Shown one piece after another: positions 23,985 through 36,741 of a stretch of 64,000 nucleotides of DNA. Made by a program: the position numbers and the translations under genes. How positions within the stretch are numbered: the stretch's first letter is position 1; the number at the start of each line of letters is the position of its first letter. The notes beneath the pieces are model-generated. The model ran no database searches and was not told the DNA's origin. It saw nothing but the letters and a program-made list of their open reading frames with translations. The DNA is from Eledone cirrhosa (taxonomy: Eukaryota): contig OZ024740.1 in assembly GCA_964016885.1 (NCBI GenBank), positions 74,710,001 through 74,774,000 on the forward strand, written 5' to 3'.

Positions 23985-24925
23985 CATCAACATCATCGTT
24001 TAACGTCCATCTTCCACGCTAGCATGGGTTAGATGGTTTTGTTCCATGTCTCGCTTGCACAGAAGCGTCTCTGGCAGGTTTTTTTTACAGTGGGATGTCC
24101 TTCCTAACACCAACCACATTTACAATGTGAACTGGGAGCCTTTTTACTGTGTCTCCTACACGACCACCTTATAGTGTGGACTGTTGTGTCATCGACACAG
24201 TGGACGGAATGGAAGAGGTAGGGTGTGGCAGTGATGTGTACATTGAGTTAAGAGGTGCCTACTGACTAGGTTTGTATGCAATGGTAGTCAGGTCTTCTGT
24301 ACAACTGCATGGCGCCAAAGGTGTAGGTGGGCAAGGTCAGTTTTTATCACCTCGTCCTAGGTTTTTCTTGGTCTACCCATTCCGCAGCCTGCATCAATTT
24401 TCATTGCCCTGCACTTTTTTATACAGCTGTCATCTTTCATACGGATCACATGTCCATACCAACGCAATCTCTTCTCCAGAATACAACATTTGATACCTCT
24501 TATGCTTAGTCTCCCTCTTAGTTCGTTTATGCTTCACCTTTTGCGCACGTTACTATTACACATCCATCGGAGCATGCAAGCTTCATTTCTTTCTAATCTA
24601 CGCAGCTCAAGTCTCACTACCATGTAATATTGCCATTCTTATACATGCATCATACAATCTGCCTTTCATTTTTAGAGAAAAACCCCTTGTGGCCAACAGC
24701 GGTATTAGCTCTCTGAACTTTTTCCATCCCATTCTAACACTAGCTACAACACTTTCAGAGCACCCTCCTCCACTGCTGATTTTGTCATCCAGGTAACGGA
24801 AAGTGTCTACTATTTCTATAGAACCATCTGGGCAGTTGAAGGAGATAGCAACCAGTGGGTCCTTGCTACTTACTGCACCTGAGCATCAGCCACATATAAA
24901 ATCTACATTCTTAGATAGCTTACCT
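23985..24925 (-). mobile_element. Older 5'-truncated RTE LINE copy
   Basis: Homologous to 15050-16080, with deletions. Confidence 0.8.
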
Positions 24926-25189
24926 CTATTCACTCGATATATATATATATATATATATATTTCCCCTCCTACTCCTTCCCACTTTCTCACTATCACTCCC
25001 TCTCTCTCTTCTTCTCACTTCATATCTCACTCACTCCCCTCTAACTAACTACAGTGTAACACTCGAATGAACGAACAAGTAGAATTATAATATATTATAT
25101 ATATATTATATATATTATATATATCTATGTTATATATATTATATATATGTTGTATATATTATATATTGAATGCCTGAGTATTTTCTTTT

Positions 25190-26098
25190 GACCCATTCAA
25201 TGTGGGAGTCGGACTCTGCCAAGGGTGCATGCTATCACCTCTCCTGTACATTATTTACATGAACAGGATTGTCATGCACAGCCAGGTTGGAAGTGGTATC
25301 ATAACTGGCGGGTGTAAAATCAGTCGGCTGAAATTTGCAGATGACATGGTGCTATTTAACTCGACAGAAGGTGATCTCCGACTTGCACTTAATAGGTTTG
25401 ATGCCGAGTGCTGCATGGCTGGAATGAAAATCAGTGCTGCGAAAACTGAGATACTCATCCGCCCAAGGAAGCCTGTGCAGTGCACTCTACATATGAATGG
25501 AGTTCCACTGAAGTTCAAGTATCTCGGGTCCGTGGTCACAAGTGATGGAAGGCAGGATGCTGAATTAAGTGCAAGAATTGCTGGAGCTGGTGCAGTAATG
25601 CGCCAGTTTCAGCATTTAGGAATCAGAAAAAGGACGGTCGGTGTAAAAGCCAAACTCACTATCTTTAATTCGATATTTGTGCCAACCCTTACCTTTGGTA
25701 ATGACGGAAAGAATACGATTGTGAATACAAGCAGCCAAAATGGGGTTCCTCTGAAGGGTCTTTGGAGTAATGTTATTTGATAGAGTGCATAGCTCAGAGA
25801 TCAGAGAGTCACTCCAGGTAGAACTGCTACTTCTCCGAATTGATACTACTCAGCTTTGATACTATGGGCATGTAGTCAGAATGTCTCAGGTAAGAATCGC
25901 TGGACAGATTTTCGGACAAAACCAACTGGCAGGAGACCCAGGGTAGATGATTGAATAACATCCATGAGCTTGGCTGGTCTCACTTTGGGATCCAGCCGGA
26001 TCAGTTGGGGACGGTTGCTTCTGACATGACCCACTAGAAGGAGTATTTGAGAACTTTGCCTCAACAACCCTCTCAGGAATAAGTGGGCGAAGAAGAAG
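25190..26098 (+). mobile_element. RTE-clade LINE 3' fragment, second family (related piece at about 58550-58790)
   Basis: GLCQGCMLSPLLY, LKFADD, FKYLGS and IFVPTLTFG motifs. Confidence 0.85.
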
Positions 26099-26265
26099 AT
26101 ATATATATAATATGTAGAATATAGGAAATGACAAAGGAACACGAGAAGTAGAGATGCTGTGCTGAGAAGGACCCGTCCAACCTAAGCAAGCATGGAAAAG
26201 CGGATGTGAAAACGATGATGATGACAATATATCATATATATATTTCTATATATATATATATATAT

Positions 26266-26828
26266 CATCATCATCATCATCATCATCAGGTTTAGCGTCT
26301 GTGTTCCACGCTTGCATGGGTTTGGACGGGGGTTTTCCCACTTGAGGCAAGAGTGGTTGTCTTGCTCGCATAGGACTGTCTGGCGGGTTTTCTACAGTTG
26401 GATGCCCTTCCTAACACCAACCACATTTACAGTGTGGGGCTGGGAGGTTTTTACCGTGTTGCCTACACGGCCACATTACAGCGTGGACTGTCTGGCGGGT
26501 TTTCTACAGCTGGATGCCCTTCCTAACACCAACCACATTTACAGTGTGGGGCTGGGAGGTTTTTACCGTGTTGCCTACACGGCCACATTTACAGCGTGGA
26601 CTGTGTGTTTTTTTGTCGTGACACCTACACGATCTCATTTGTTTCGGCCTGGATGTTGTGGGACCAACATAACTTTACATTGACAGGGGCGGTGTGGATG
26701 GGGTGGAGGTGGTGGGACGGGGGTGTGTTTTGATAGAGATGCCTACTGACTGTAGTAGGTTTTTACTTTGTATTTAGGTAAGGCGAGTCTTCTCTATTAC
26801 TGAGTACCGCCAAAGGTCTCGGTCCAGT
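26266..26828 (-). mobile_element. RTE 3' end with an internal tandem duplication of about 110 bp
   Basis: Ends the ORF with LDRDLWRYSVIEKTRLT. The block GGACTGTCTGGCGGG...CAGCGT is duplicated. Confidence 0.85.
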
Positions 26829-26872
26829 ATATATGATATATTGTCATCATCATCGTTTTCACATCCGCTTTT

Positions 26873-26930
<58 letters not shown>

Positions 26931-27159
26931 CCATGACGAAAAGTGCCCAGCTCACACTGTAAAGTGGTGTTTTGGTGCTGCGATAAAAAGCACCCAGTAT
27001 ACACTGTAAATGTGGTTGGTGTTAAGAACGGCACCTGACTAGAAACAGTTCTGTATGAGCAAGATGCCATCATCTGATCTGCCTTGTCCCACAATAGGAC
27101 AACTCGTCTAAGCCATGTTAGCATGGAAAAATGTACATTAAACAGTAATGATGATGATG

Positions 27160-27235
<76 letters not shown>

Positions 27236-27502
27236 TTTTCAACATATCACCATCATCCTAAGCCTGTTGAAAGAAATCCATTTGTCAGTAGATTCTTCAA
27301 CCCAGCATTCAACAGTTTCTTTATTTTGTTTTGCGGAATGTGTGTGTATGTATTCCTGCTTTCATACATATACAAACGTTATACATAATAGAGCTGTATC
27401 CGAAAGCATATACAATATGTTTATGTATAATAAACATATATAATTCTTGCTATTCTTGTTTTAAGCTGTGATCATGTCACAGCTAGCTCAGTAACTATGT
27501 CA

Positions 27503-27554
27503 GAATGCCAGACACTAATGTTTCAGGATATTTTATTCATCATCAGTGTCATTC
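27503..27554 (-). ncRNA. Type I hammerhead motif, GUC site, weak stem II
   Basis: GAATGACA CTGATGA ... GAAA CAT TA GTG TC TGGCATTC. Confidence 0.6.
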
Positions 27555-27734
27555 ACTCACTTGGTACTGAGAAGAATAAGCTATAGCTTATATACTTACA
27601 TACACATATATACACATACATATACAAACATTTATTGTATCATGGATGAAAGGAAAATTGCTATAAAATAAAATTATCCCTCATATTGCAACCTTCAAAA
27701 TGTTACATTTTATCAGTAGTGCTAGTAATAATGA

Positions 27735-28125
27735 TTTCTAATCTAGACACAAGGCCATCGACTTCTGGGGAGGGGGAAACTGATTATATCGAGCCAGTAA
27801 TTGACTGGTACTTTATTTTATCAACCCTAAAAAGGACAAAAGGCGAAGTTGACCTAAGCAGGCTTTGAACTCTGAACATAGAAAGTTATACCTAAATACT
27901 GCAAAGTATTTTGTCCAATGCTACATCAATACTACTAATCCATGATCCTAGTAGTACAAATCATAACAGTTTTTGATTTAGGCACAAGTCCAACATTATT
28001 TTGGGGAGGGGAAAGTCAATTAAATTGCCCCCAGTGCATTACTGGTGTTTTATTTTATCAGCCCTGTAAGGATAAGAGACAAAGCTAACCTCAGCAGGAT
28101 TTGAACTCAGAACATAAACGACTGT
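27735..28125 (-). mobile_element. Two adjacent diverged tRNA-derived SINEs
   Basis: CTGGT..TTTATTTTATC...AAAG..AACCTC.GC.GGATTTGAACTC pattern occurs twice. Confidence 0.7.
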
Positions 28126-28322
28126 AAGTACTACTAGTAATAATGATTTCTGGGTTAGGCACAAGACCAACAATTTTGGGGAAGGAGAAAGTCAAATGCC
28201 TACTAGTTAGAACTAAAATACCATATGGTGATTGTTACCTATTAATATCACTTGAATTAGTTCCTGTCTCTTCACATGAATTTGTGTACTATCTTTCCAC
28301 ATGACCTTATGCTTTTCACTTA

Positions 28323-28706
28323 CTGTATATACTTGTGTGTAAGCCAAAAAATATGTGACAAAAAAAAAAAACGATGGTAAAATGGTGTCGACTTATATTC
28401 TAGGTTTCACTTTCTATGTGAAATTCGTTTTTGATGTGTTTTGAATGAATAAGGCCTATGAAATGGTCAGAAATTGGTAAAAAAATCATTATGTAATGGA
28501 GTTGTGAAACAAAAACTATACTCTAAATGATACTTAAAACATTTTAAATATCAAAATGTTATAACGCCATGAATATATTCTTCACTCATGAGAATTTCAA
28601 AACAGATGCCTCGGCTTATACACAGCGTTTGGATTTTTGCCCATTTTTCAGACATAAAATAGGAGGGTGCTTATATTTGGATTAGCTTATATTCAAGTAT
28701 ATATGG
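28323..28706. mobile_element. pogo/Tc2-type non-autonomous DNA transposon
   Basis: TA-flanked TIRs CTGTATATACTTGTGTGTAAGC / GCTTATATTCAAGTATATATGG, with sub-terminal GGCTTATA motifs. Confidence 0.75.
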
Positions 28707-29489
28707 TACTCCTTTATAACTACCTGTAAATAAATACTGTGTAACTTTCACTATGGTTACATACTTGTTTTAATTTTTAATGTCCTGTGGTACATGAAAC
28801 CACATTAACAAGATGTTCTTGCAAAGTACTAAACAGCACTACATCACATTTAAAATTACAGTTTTTACTTTAGTTTATTGCAAATTATCACAATGACCTG
28901 TTGTAGTAAAGATATTACGAATATTTGAATTAACAAACTTGTTTTTAGATGTTTTCTGCTAAATGTTTAAAGGATGTTAAGAGTTAACACATTCTATTAT
29001 TCCATTATATCTTGTTTGTATTTGAATATTACAATTATATTGATGATGAGGAATCTTCTACTAGTTTCAATGATGAGCATTCAGTTTTTCAATCAACTGT
29101 ATATCTGACTTGTTTTATTGACATGGATGTAGTTGAGTTTTCTACAAACATTTGTACCTTTAACATATTCCTCAGGCAGAATCAGCATAACATATGTGAC
29201 ATGGCTGGCCCTTTGACTTACATGTTCAATCCATCTGATGGGCTTCCACACACTTTCCGTCAACCCAATTTCATTTACAAGGCTTCAGTTGATCTAAGGC
29301 TATGGTAAAGACACTTGCCCAAGATGTCATGCAATGGAGTCAAACCTAAGACTTCATGATTGCAAAGTAAATTCTTTAACTACCCAGCCATGTCTGTGCC
29401 CACATAATTATATTGACTATGATTCAATACAAACATTAACAAATCTAATTGCAACATATCAATATACTTATCTACTTTATATTACACAG

Positions 29490-29683
29490 GTGTTTACTTT
29501 TCGTCACGATTTGAAAATGTGAACTTCGTTGACTTTTGTGGCAAGTATCGTTTACCATTGTTGCAGTACTTATGTACTCCAAGATGTACAACATCACAAC
29601 CATCTGTAAGAAGTCACAGTGACACAGAGACAGATGAAGAAGACGTAGCAGATGGAATCATGAAGAAAGTTCTTTTAGGATAA
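29490..29683 (+). CDS. LRRC58: LRRC58 terminal coding exon (absent from the ORF track)
   Basis: CAG acceptor ending at 29489. Phase matches the upstream exon (G|GT = Gly). Reads GVYFSSRFENVNFVDFCGKYRLPLLQYLCTPRCTTSQPSVRSHSDTETDEEDVADGIMKKVLLG-stop (TAA 29681-29683). VDFCGKYRxPLxxYLC and KVLLG-stop are LRRC58 hallmarks. Confidence 0.93.
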
Positions 29684-30807
29684 ACATTTTACATATTGCT
29701 AATATTTTATCCCTTTGCATTTGATTTAATTAATCCCACTGCCATAGGATGTCTACAGTGCTCTAGACATCCTCTCTGCATGTTACAAAATCCGTATCAT
29801 GAAAATCAGAGTTTATTGAACAATATTTTTCAATTAGTCTACATGTTTGATTAAATATCTTATATAGCCTGTAACATAAAAAGAAAAAGAAAAAGAAAAA
29901 GAAAAAGATAGAAATATAAAAAAAAACAACAACAAAACCATTTGAATATTCTAATTTTATCTACTTTTTTATTACTGTATATACTCATAGATAAGTTGCA
30001 GTTTTTTACTAAAAGACATTAGACATGGAAACCTGCATGCAACTTATGTACTGAACCTCGATCTGGGCTTGAATAACAATGAAGCCTAAATATTCTAAAC
30101 AAAAAGGGTGTAACTTATTTACCACTGCGACTTTTACACAGGTATATATGGTATATTCCGCAGGCTTGTTCACTGTCAGATTTGATCTTTAGTTCTCTAA
30201 TACCATAAAAACAATATAAATTACAAATTTTGTCCCTAAATTTACATATAGCAACAATTACGATAATCCAGGGAAAAACTACTTAACATTTTGCCTTGCT
30301 ATATCTTGTAAATTAAAAAAAAAGTCCTTTTTAGAAACTGTTTTATCTCAGGTAAATATTTTTTTAATACTAAACTTTTAAGAGTTTACTATTGACTAAC
30401 TTGAATATTACTGTGATTAAAACTTATTTGTTGCACTGAGTGTTATGCAGAACACCATATCACTTGTACAGCTACAACATTTAGAACATGTTACTGCCAG
30501 TTGTATATCTGTTTGACTCTCTCTCTCTCATATATATATATATGCGTGTGTGTGTGTATGTATTCTTTATTAAGGCCAAGCCTGAGTTTGATTACTCTGG
30601 AGTTTCTCCTGTGTACTCAGTTTTGTCTGACGACCCTGTGAGTAGACAGGAGTAACTCCAGGGTTACACGACTAAATTTTGACCTTAATAAAGAATATAA
30701 AATCTCTACTATGGTATTGTGTACTCATTGTCACAACCATCATTACTAAGCGAATATATGAATATGTATATATATATACATACATATATATGATTTGAAG
30801 CGAAATC

Positions 30808-30858
<51 letters not shown>

Positions 30859-31683
30859 CATGCTAGCGTGGAAAACGAAGATGATATATATATATACATA
30901 CATACACATGTATACATGAAAGAATATATATAATATATATATATATGCAATGTTGTATTTGGGCTGACCCTGGGTTTCATATCAATGTGAGGATGCTGTG
31001 AAATCCTGTTTGTTATTATTCAGTGCCATTAAGATTACCAACAAGTATGTTTTCATAACATGCTCGAGTTGATATGAATGAAACTCAGGGTCTGCTTAGA
31101 TAAAACATAGATTGCATATATACATTCTTTCATATATAAATATTAATCTCTACTTTGTATAGAGTGCTGTAATTTTTGTTCAGACTATCAACACTAAAAT
31201 AATTTAAAGATGTTATTCTAAATTTTCTTCAGTTTGATATATTAATAGTGAATGGGAGGGGTTGGTTTCAATTTAATCAATAAAATATATTAATAGTTTC
31301 AACATGTAAGCACTTATTTTATTTTCCAAGTCTAATTATTTATAGTGATAAAGTTTCAGGAGATGAGTCTATATAGCTTTGGGAGTTGTGAAAAGCAAAC
31401 ACTTACATACAATCATGGTATTTAAAAAAATAACACACACACATACATACAGGGCATAGAAAGAAGAGAACTCAATACATGGAGAGTAGAGATTTTTATT
31501 GAGAGAATACTAATAACAATTTTTCAGTGAGAGACGATTTTCACTACTGTTGAGACTCTTTCGACAGTCCAAAAAGTTACAACAGAGATGAAAGTGGTGA
31601 GTCACTAAAGAATTGCTCCTTCAATTGTCTTTATATATATATATATATATATGCAAGCGTGGAAAAATGGACGTTAAATGGGG

Positions 31684-31744
<61 letters not shown>

Positions 31745-32085
31745 AGGGTGGGGTGGGTGGGAGGGTTCTTAAATAATTAATATTTGCCTTTCATATTTAT
31801 TTTTCTAAATCTATCTTCATATTTTCATCAAAATACAGCAAATTTACTGTGACAAATGCATGCATCCAATTTGTTGAACTAAGTATATACAGATTAGTTG
31901 AAATGAATGTTGATGAATGCTGTGAATGTTGTTACACTAAAAAGGATTATTCATTTGTTTATATAGCAATTTACTTGTTATAACTTGTTTAATAATTATA
32001 CTATTTTAAAAATTCAATATTTAATTTTATTTATTAAAAAAATAATCAAAGTGAATTTAAATAAAGTATTTATATAACAGATTGA
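29684..32085 (+). promoter_or_regulatory. Probable LRRC58 3' UTR, with candidate AATAAA signals at 31279-31284 and 32060-32065
   Basis: AT-rich, mostly non-repeat sequence after the stop codon. The second AATAAA is followed by a T-rich tract. The end is not determined. Confidence 0.4.
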
Positions 32086-33224
32086 ACAGTTTTACATTTT
32101 AGATTTTTTATTTTTACATCCTTTTTCCCACTATATGTTGGAATAATGGTTTTTACATGTGGACAATCTCCTTTCTTCTAATAACTTCAACAAAGGAATA
32201 TGAATGGAACTTGGCGTTTACTTATTCAGATAAACGGAAAGAAGAATAGTTAGGTCCCTTGCTCAAGGGTACAAATGAAAAGCAAAGTTGATCTTGATGA
32301 GAGTTGTACTCAGAATGTCACCATTTCTGCTACACTGCTCTCCTGTTACCATAATTTGATAATTAGGAGTGTAGTTAATTGTGGTCAAGTATTTTATTGA
32401 AACTGGAAAGATGAAAGGTAAATTTGATTTTGTCAAAATTTTAACTCAAAATGTAAAGAAGGGATATGAATAACTAAATACACTAAGGCAGTGGTCTTTA
32501 AATTTGTTTTGTCATGATGATCCCCACCACCATAATTTTAATAACACTTTAAAGTGGTAGTGTTGGTACAATAATAAAAAATACATCCAGTACACTCTGT
32601 AAAGTGGTTGGCATTAAAAAAGGTATCTAGGTGTAGAAACTGCCAAAGATGGAATGTATAAGCAAGAGATGGTTCCCTTGATTCGTCTTGTCTTAGACCC
32701 ATGCCAGCATGGGAAACAGGCGTAAGATGGTTAGATAAACAACAACAACATCATCATCATCATCGTCATCGTCATCGTCGTCATCATTTAACGTCCATCT
32801 GCCAAGCAAATTTTATAAAGAGAATTTATTCATTAAAAAAAAAACAAAAAAAAAACATTAGATTTTATTAAAAGACACCATATTTCACAGAAGCCCAGCC
32901 CAAAATCTTGGCATATATCCTGACATTTTACTGTCATATTTTTAACATTTAGTTTATTTATAGTAAAGTATAGTAGAGAATAATTCTGGTGGAAAGAAGG
33001 GAGGCGTCGAGAAACAGGAAATCTCGAAAATTGAATTGACATAAGGCAACAGAATTATTTCCCTTAGACTATTTAATTTAACAGCCCAATCTCCATGAAA
33101 CTAGAATCAAATGGTTATCGTAGTGTCAATCAAGTTGACATCTTGACATTGAAGGTAAAAATGTGTGTTTACAATGGTAACAACAATGAAAGGTTAGCCT
33201 GTTTGCTTCAAATACGTGTAGAAT

Positions 33225-34305
33225 CTGGCGAATAGCAAGGGAGATGCGCTGAAAGAGTCGTTCTATTTCGTGGGGCTCAGTCAAGCGGGTAGCCTCACAT
33301 ATAATAATTAGCATCTATTTCTATTTGTAGTTATGTTAAAAAGAGAGTGTGGAAAGTAGGAGGCTTAGAATCAATATACACAGATTGAAAATAATTTGAA
33401 GGATGAGGTGTTTAATACACTAGCCAGAGTGACAAACAAAGACAGTCAATGAGAGAAAAAATTAAAACGAGTAGGTTGCATCAAGAGACATAACAATCGA
33501 AGTAGCAGATATCACTGACAGAAATGCAGTTCGATATACGATTTTTTTTTTTATAAACTGCATTTATTTTTATTCAATCTATGGAAATAAGGAGACGGAA
33601 AAGAAGAAAAAGTGTAAGAAAAATGGAATTAAACAACGAAAGAAAGGGAGCGACAGACTTTACACCTGAGCCTGAGCAGTGTTTAAGCTATGTCCTTAAT
33701 GGCTTCTGTATGGCTCACACATGAAGAGGCTGAGGTGCTGGGCCACTCTAATGTAAGTGTACTCATTATCAAGAAGGGTACTGGTTGATGAGGTACATAC
33801 CAAATTGAGCTATGCATCGCTGATTGGTTGCACGGCAGAACAGAGGCAGGTGAAACTGTTGGTTCAAGGAAGACTCAATCTGCCTGAAGGTAGATCTGCA
33901 CTTGACATCATCCTAGTTTTGTTGGCCATCAGTATACTGGGAGATGGGGAGGCCTTCGTTGGTCCAAGCAGCCAGAGCTGACTCCAGTTCTATCAGGTTC
34001 TGTCATCTTGCAGAGGACTTCGCTGATGAGAGTGTGGCTGGAGCAGATTGAGGAGAGATAGGCCAGCAGTGCCACAGAATTTCACAGAGTGTTTTATTTG
34101 TTGCCAGCCTGCACTGTCAAATTTAATAATGCAGATCAGTTCAGCACAGCGTCAGAAAGTGGCATCGAGTTCGACAAGGCAATCTGCAAGAGATTAAAAA
34201 GGGACATTGCAAAAGCGAAGAGGAGTTTGGGGAGGGCAAAGCAGTTCTTCAGGAGAAAGAGTGCTGGGTGTGCATCAATGAGGTGCAGTCTCTCCGGGAT
34301 CCTGT
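33225..34305 (-). mobile_element. Degenerate CRE-clade non-LTR retrotransposon fragments
   Basis: Minus strand gives ERLHLIDAHPALFLLKNCFALPKLL, CAELICIIKFDSAGWQQ and EIERLFQRISLAI. The last two are homologous to ORF 52890-54050. Confidence 0.75.
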
Positions 34306-34370
34306 TGTATATAGATATTTATGTATGTATATGTATTTGTGTGTTTCTTCCCTTTACATTTGCATGTAAA

Positions 34371-34471
34371 CAAAGATCCCACTGCATAGTGAGTAGACAT
34401 GCAAAGATCCCACTGCATAGTGAGTAGACATGCAAAGATCCCACTGCATAGTGAGTAGACATGCAAAGATC
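34371..34471. repeat. 31-bp tandem repeat, about 3.3 copies
   Basis: CAAAGATCCCACTGCATAGTGAGTAGACATG starts at 34371, 34402 and 34433. Confidence 0.95.
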
Positions 34472-35062
34472 AGTACCTAACTGTTGAAAAAAATGACAAA
34501 TTAGATTTAATATTGGGAAAGACATCCGGCTGTTGAAATCTCAAAAAGTCTCATCCAGCACACACCAACATGGAAAAACAGACTTGAAAATGATGATTTA
34601 TATATATATAGTGTGTTCATGGTCCATGAAATGGGAAGACCACACAGAAGTACTTGAATCATGTTTAGGCGGCAGTGTAGATATGTTATAGACCCAAAAG
34701 AGGCTCCTCTCCATTTCAGAAAGTTACCAGGCTTGCCTAGTCCAGATGCTGGTTGCTAGTTGAAATAGTGAGGCCACTATTGGGATCATAAGATACACAC
34801 ATGCACACACATATATGTATATGCACGAGTCATGGTAAAATCCACCTAGTGTTTGTGGTGGTGCTACAAGAAAGTACACGCATGCATTGTGAAGTGACTA
34901 GCATTAGGAAGGGCATTGAGCTACTGAAACAATGCTAGTATGCAAGATATGAGTGAGACAGTCATCTGACTTGTCTAGCCTCAGAATGTGACAACCCATC
35001 TAACCCTTGAAAGTATGTAAAATATATATAAAATGGTGATGATGATGATGATATATATATAT

Positions 35063-36445
35063 ATGGCAGCTGGGCTATCTGGAATGGTAGGTCACACCAT
35101 AACCACCCATATTGTAAACCAAATAATACAAAATGGTGCTATACCGAAAGACGGACGTAGCTGCATAATCATCAACTGCTACAAGGGAAAAGGTGATGCA
35201 CTAGACAGAGGAACTACTGAGACATCAAATTGATGGACAAGGTCATGAAAGTTAACAGAAAGAGTTGTAAAACAGCTGATTAGGGATTGAATTAACCTAG
35301 ATGAGATCCAGTTCAGATTTGTGCCAGGCAAAAGTACTACGTATGCCCACCTCTTTGTGAGGCAACTGCAGAAGAAGTACCGAGCTAAAAGTAAATCATT
35401 CTACTTAATATTTGTTGAACCAGAGAAAGCTTTTGACAGGGTCCTCCATTCTGTAATCTGGTGGGCACTTAGGAAACTAGAGGTAGATGAGTGGCTTATG
35501 AGGGCAGTATGAGCCATGTACAGAGGTGCAGTCAGCAAGGTTAAAATAATAATGACTATAGTGAGGAGTTTAGCATAGAAGTGGGGGTTCACCAGGGCTC
35601 TGTTTTACGCCTTCTGTTTATTATCATCCTCCAGGCTATAACAGAAGAGTTTAAAATAGGATGCCCTTGGGAACTCCAGTATGCTGATGGTCTAACTCTT
35701 GTAGCTGAATTCATGGCAGAACTAGAGAAAAAATTCCTGACTGGGAAGTATAACTTGGAATCAAAAGTTCTTAAAGTCAACTTGGCAAAGACTAAAGTCC
35801 TAGTAGTGAGAAAAACAACTCTCCCACAATGCTACTGAAATGGCGAAAAGCTTTCAGTCCACCTTGTAAGGTGGTCATGCTGGTGATACAACAAAAGCCC
35901 CTAGTTCATCATGTAAGGTGCTTCTTTTGGTGCCATGAAAAAAAAAGCACCTAGTTCATCCCCCTTGTAAGGTAACATGATAAAAGAGCACCCACCTAGG
36001 CCACCCTGCAAGGGGTCATGCTCATGACATGACAAATAGGTACCCTGTCCACCCTGTTAAAAGTGTTCATGTTGGTGACATGACAGGAGACACCCAGTCA
36101 GCCCTATAAGATAGTTGTGTTGTGGAACACAACAAAAGCATCCAGTCCACTCTGTAGAGTGGTCGTGGTAGCAACATAACAATAAACACCCCATCCACCC
36201 TGTAAAGTGGTTGTGATGGTGACATGACAAAAAGCACCTAGCTCGACCTTGGTAATATGACAAAAAGGACCTAGCCCACACTGTAAATATGGTTGGCATT
36301 AGGAAGAGTGTCCAACCATAGAAACCAAGTCAGAAACAGTTCTGTATGACAAGACACGGTCATCTGATCTGACTTGTCTCACAATGGGACAACTTGTGTA
36401 ACCCATGCTAGCATGGAAAAATGGACGTTAAATGATGATGATGAT
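35063..36445 (+). mobile_element. Degenerate RTE LINE (RT core and repetitive 3' UTR)
   Basis: EKAFDRV, GVHQGSVL and ELQYAD motifs, with a (GAT)n tail. Confidence 0.85.
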
Positions 36446-36741
36446 TATATATATATATATATATATATACTTTTTCCTTTTTATCTTCTATAATATTTTT
36501 TATCTATATTATATTTTTCTTTTTTTATTTATGAGTTATTTATTTGACTGAATTGTAGAGTCGTTTGGTGAGAATAATTAATTTTGATAAGTCTCAATAA
36601 GAGACGAAACATAAATCAATATTTAATGTATAAACGTATTTGGTAATTACTTTGATGGAAAATTTGCTTCATGCGTAATTATTATTTTTAACACAATAAG
36701 AATTTGTACAGATGCTTGTTTGAAAAATCTTTCAAGGAAGT

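Larger units (their letters stand above)
5733..29489 (+). other. LRRC58: Last intron of LRRC58 (23,757 bp, GT-AG, phase 1)
   Basis: Joining the two exons restores the continuous CVNLKCKGVYF motif. Confidence 0.88.

Noticed and set aside
31546-31590. Hammerhead half on the minus strand (CTGTTG..CGAAAGAGTC TCAACAG)
   Set aside because: The CTGANGA core is absent.
34371-34471. Link between the 31-bp repeat and the 32-bp minisatellite (shared ATCCCACTG, both near CRE copies)
   Set aside because: Only 9 bp are shared and unit lengths differ, so probably coincidence.
36584-36620. Hammerhead-like TTGATAA GTCTC..GAGAC GAAAC
   Set aside because: Core deviates at two positions and stems I and III are unconvincing. 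At best a decayed copy.
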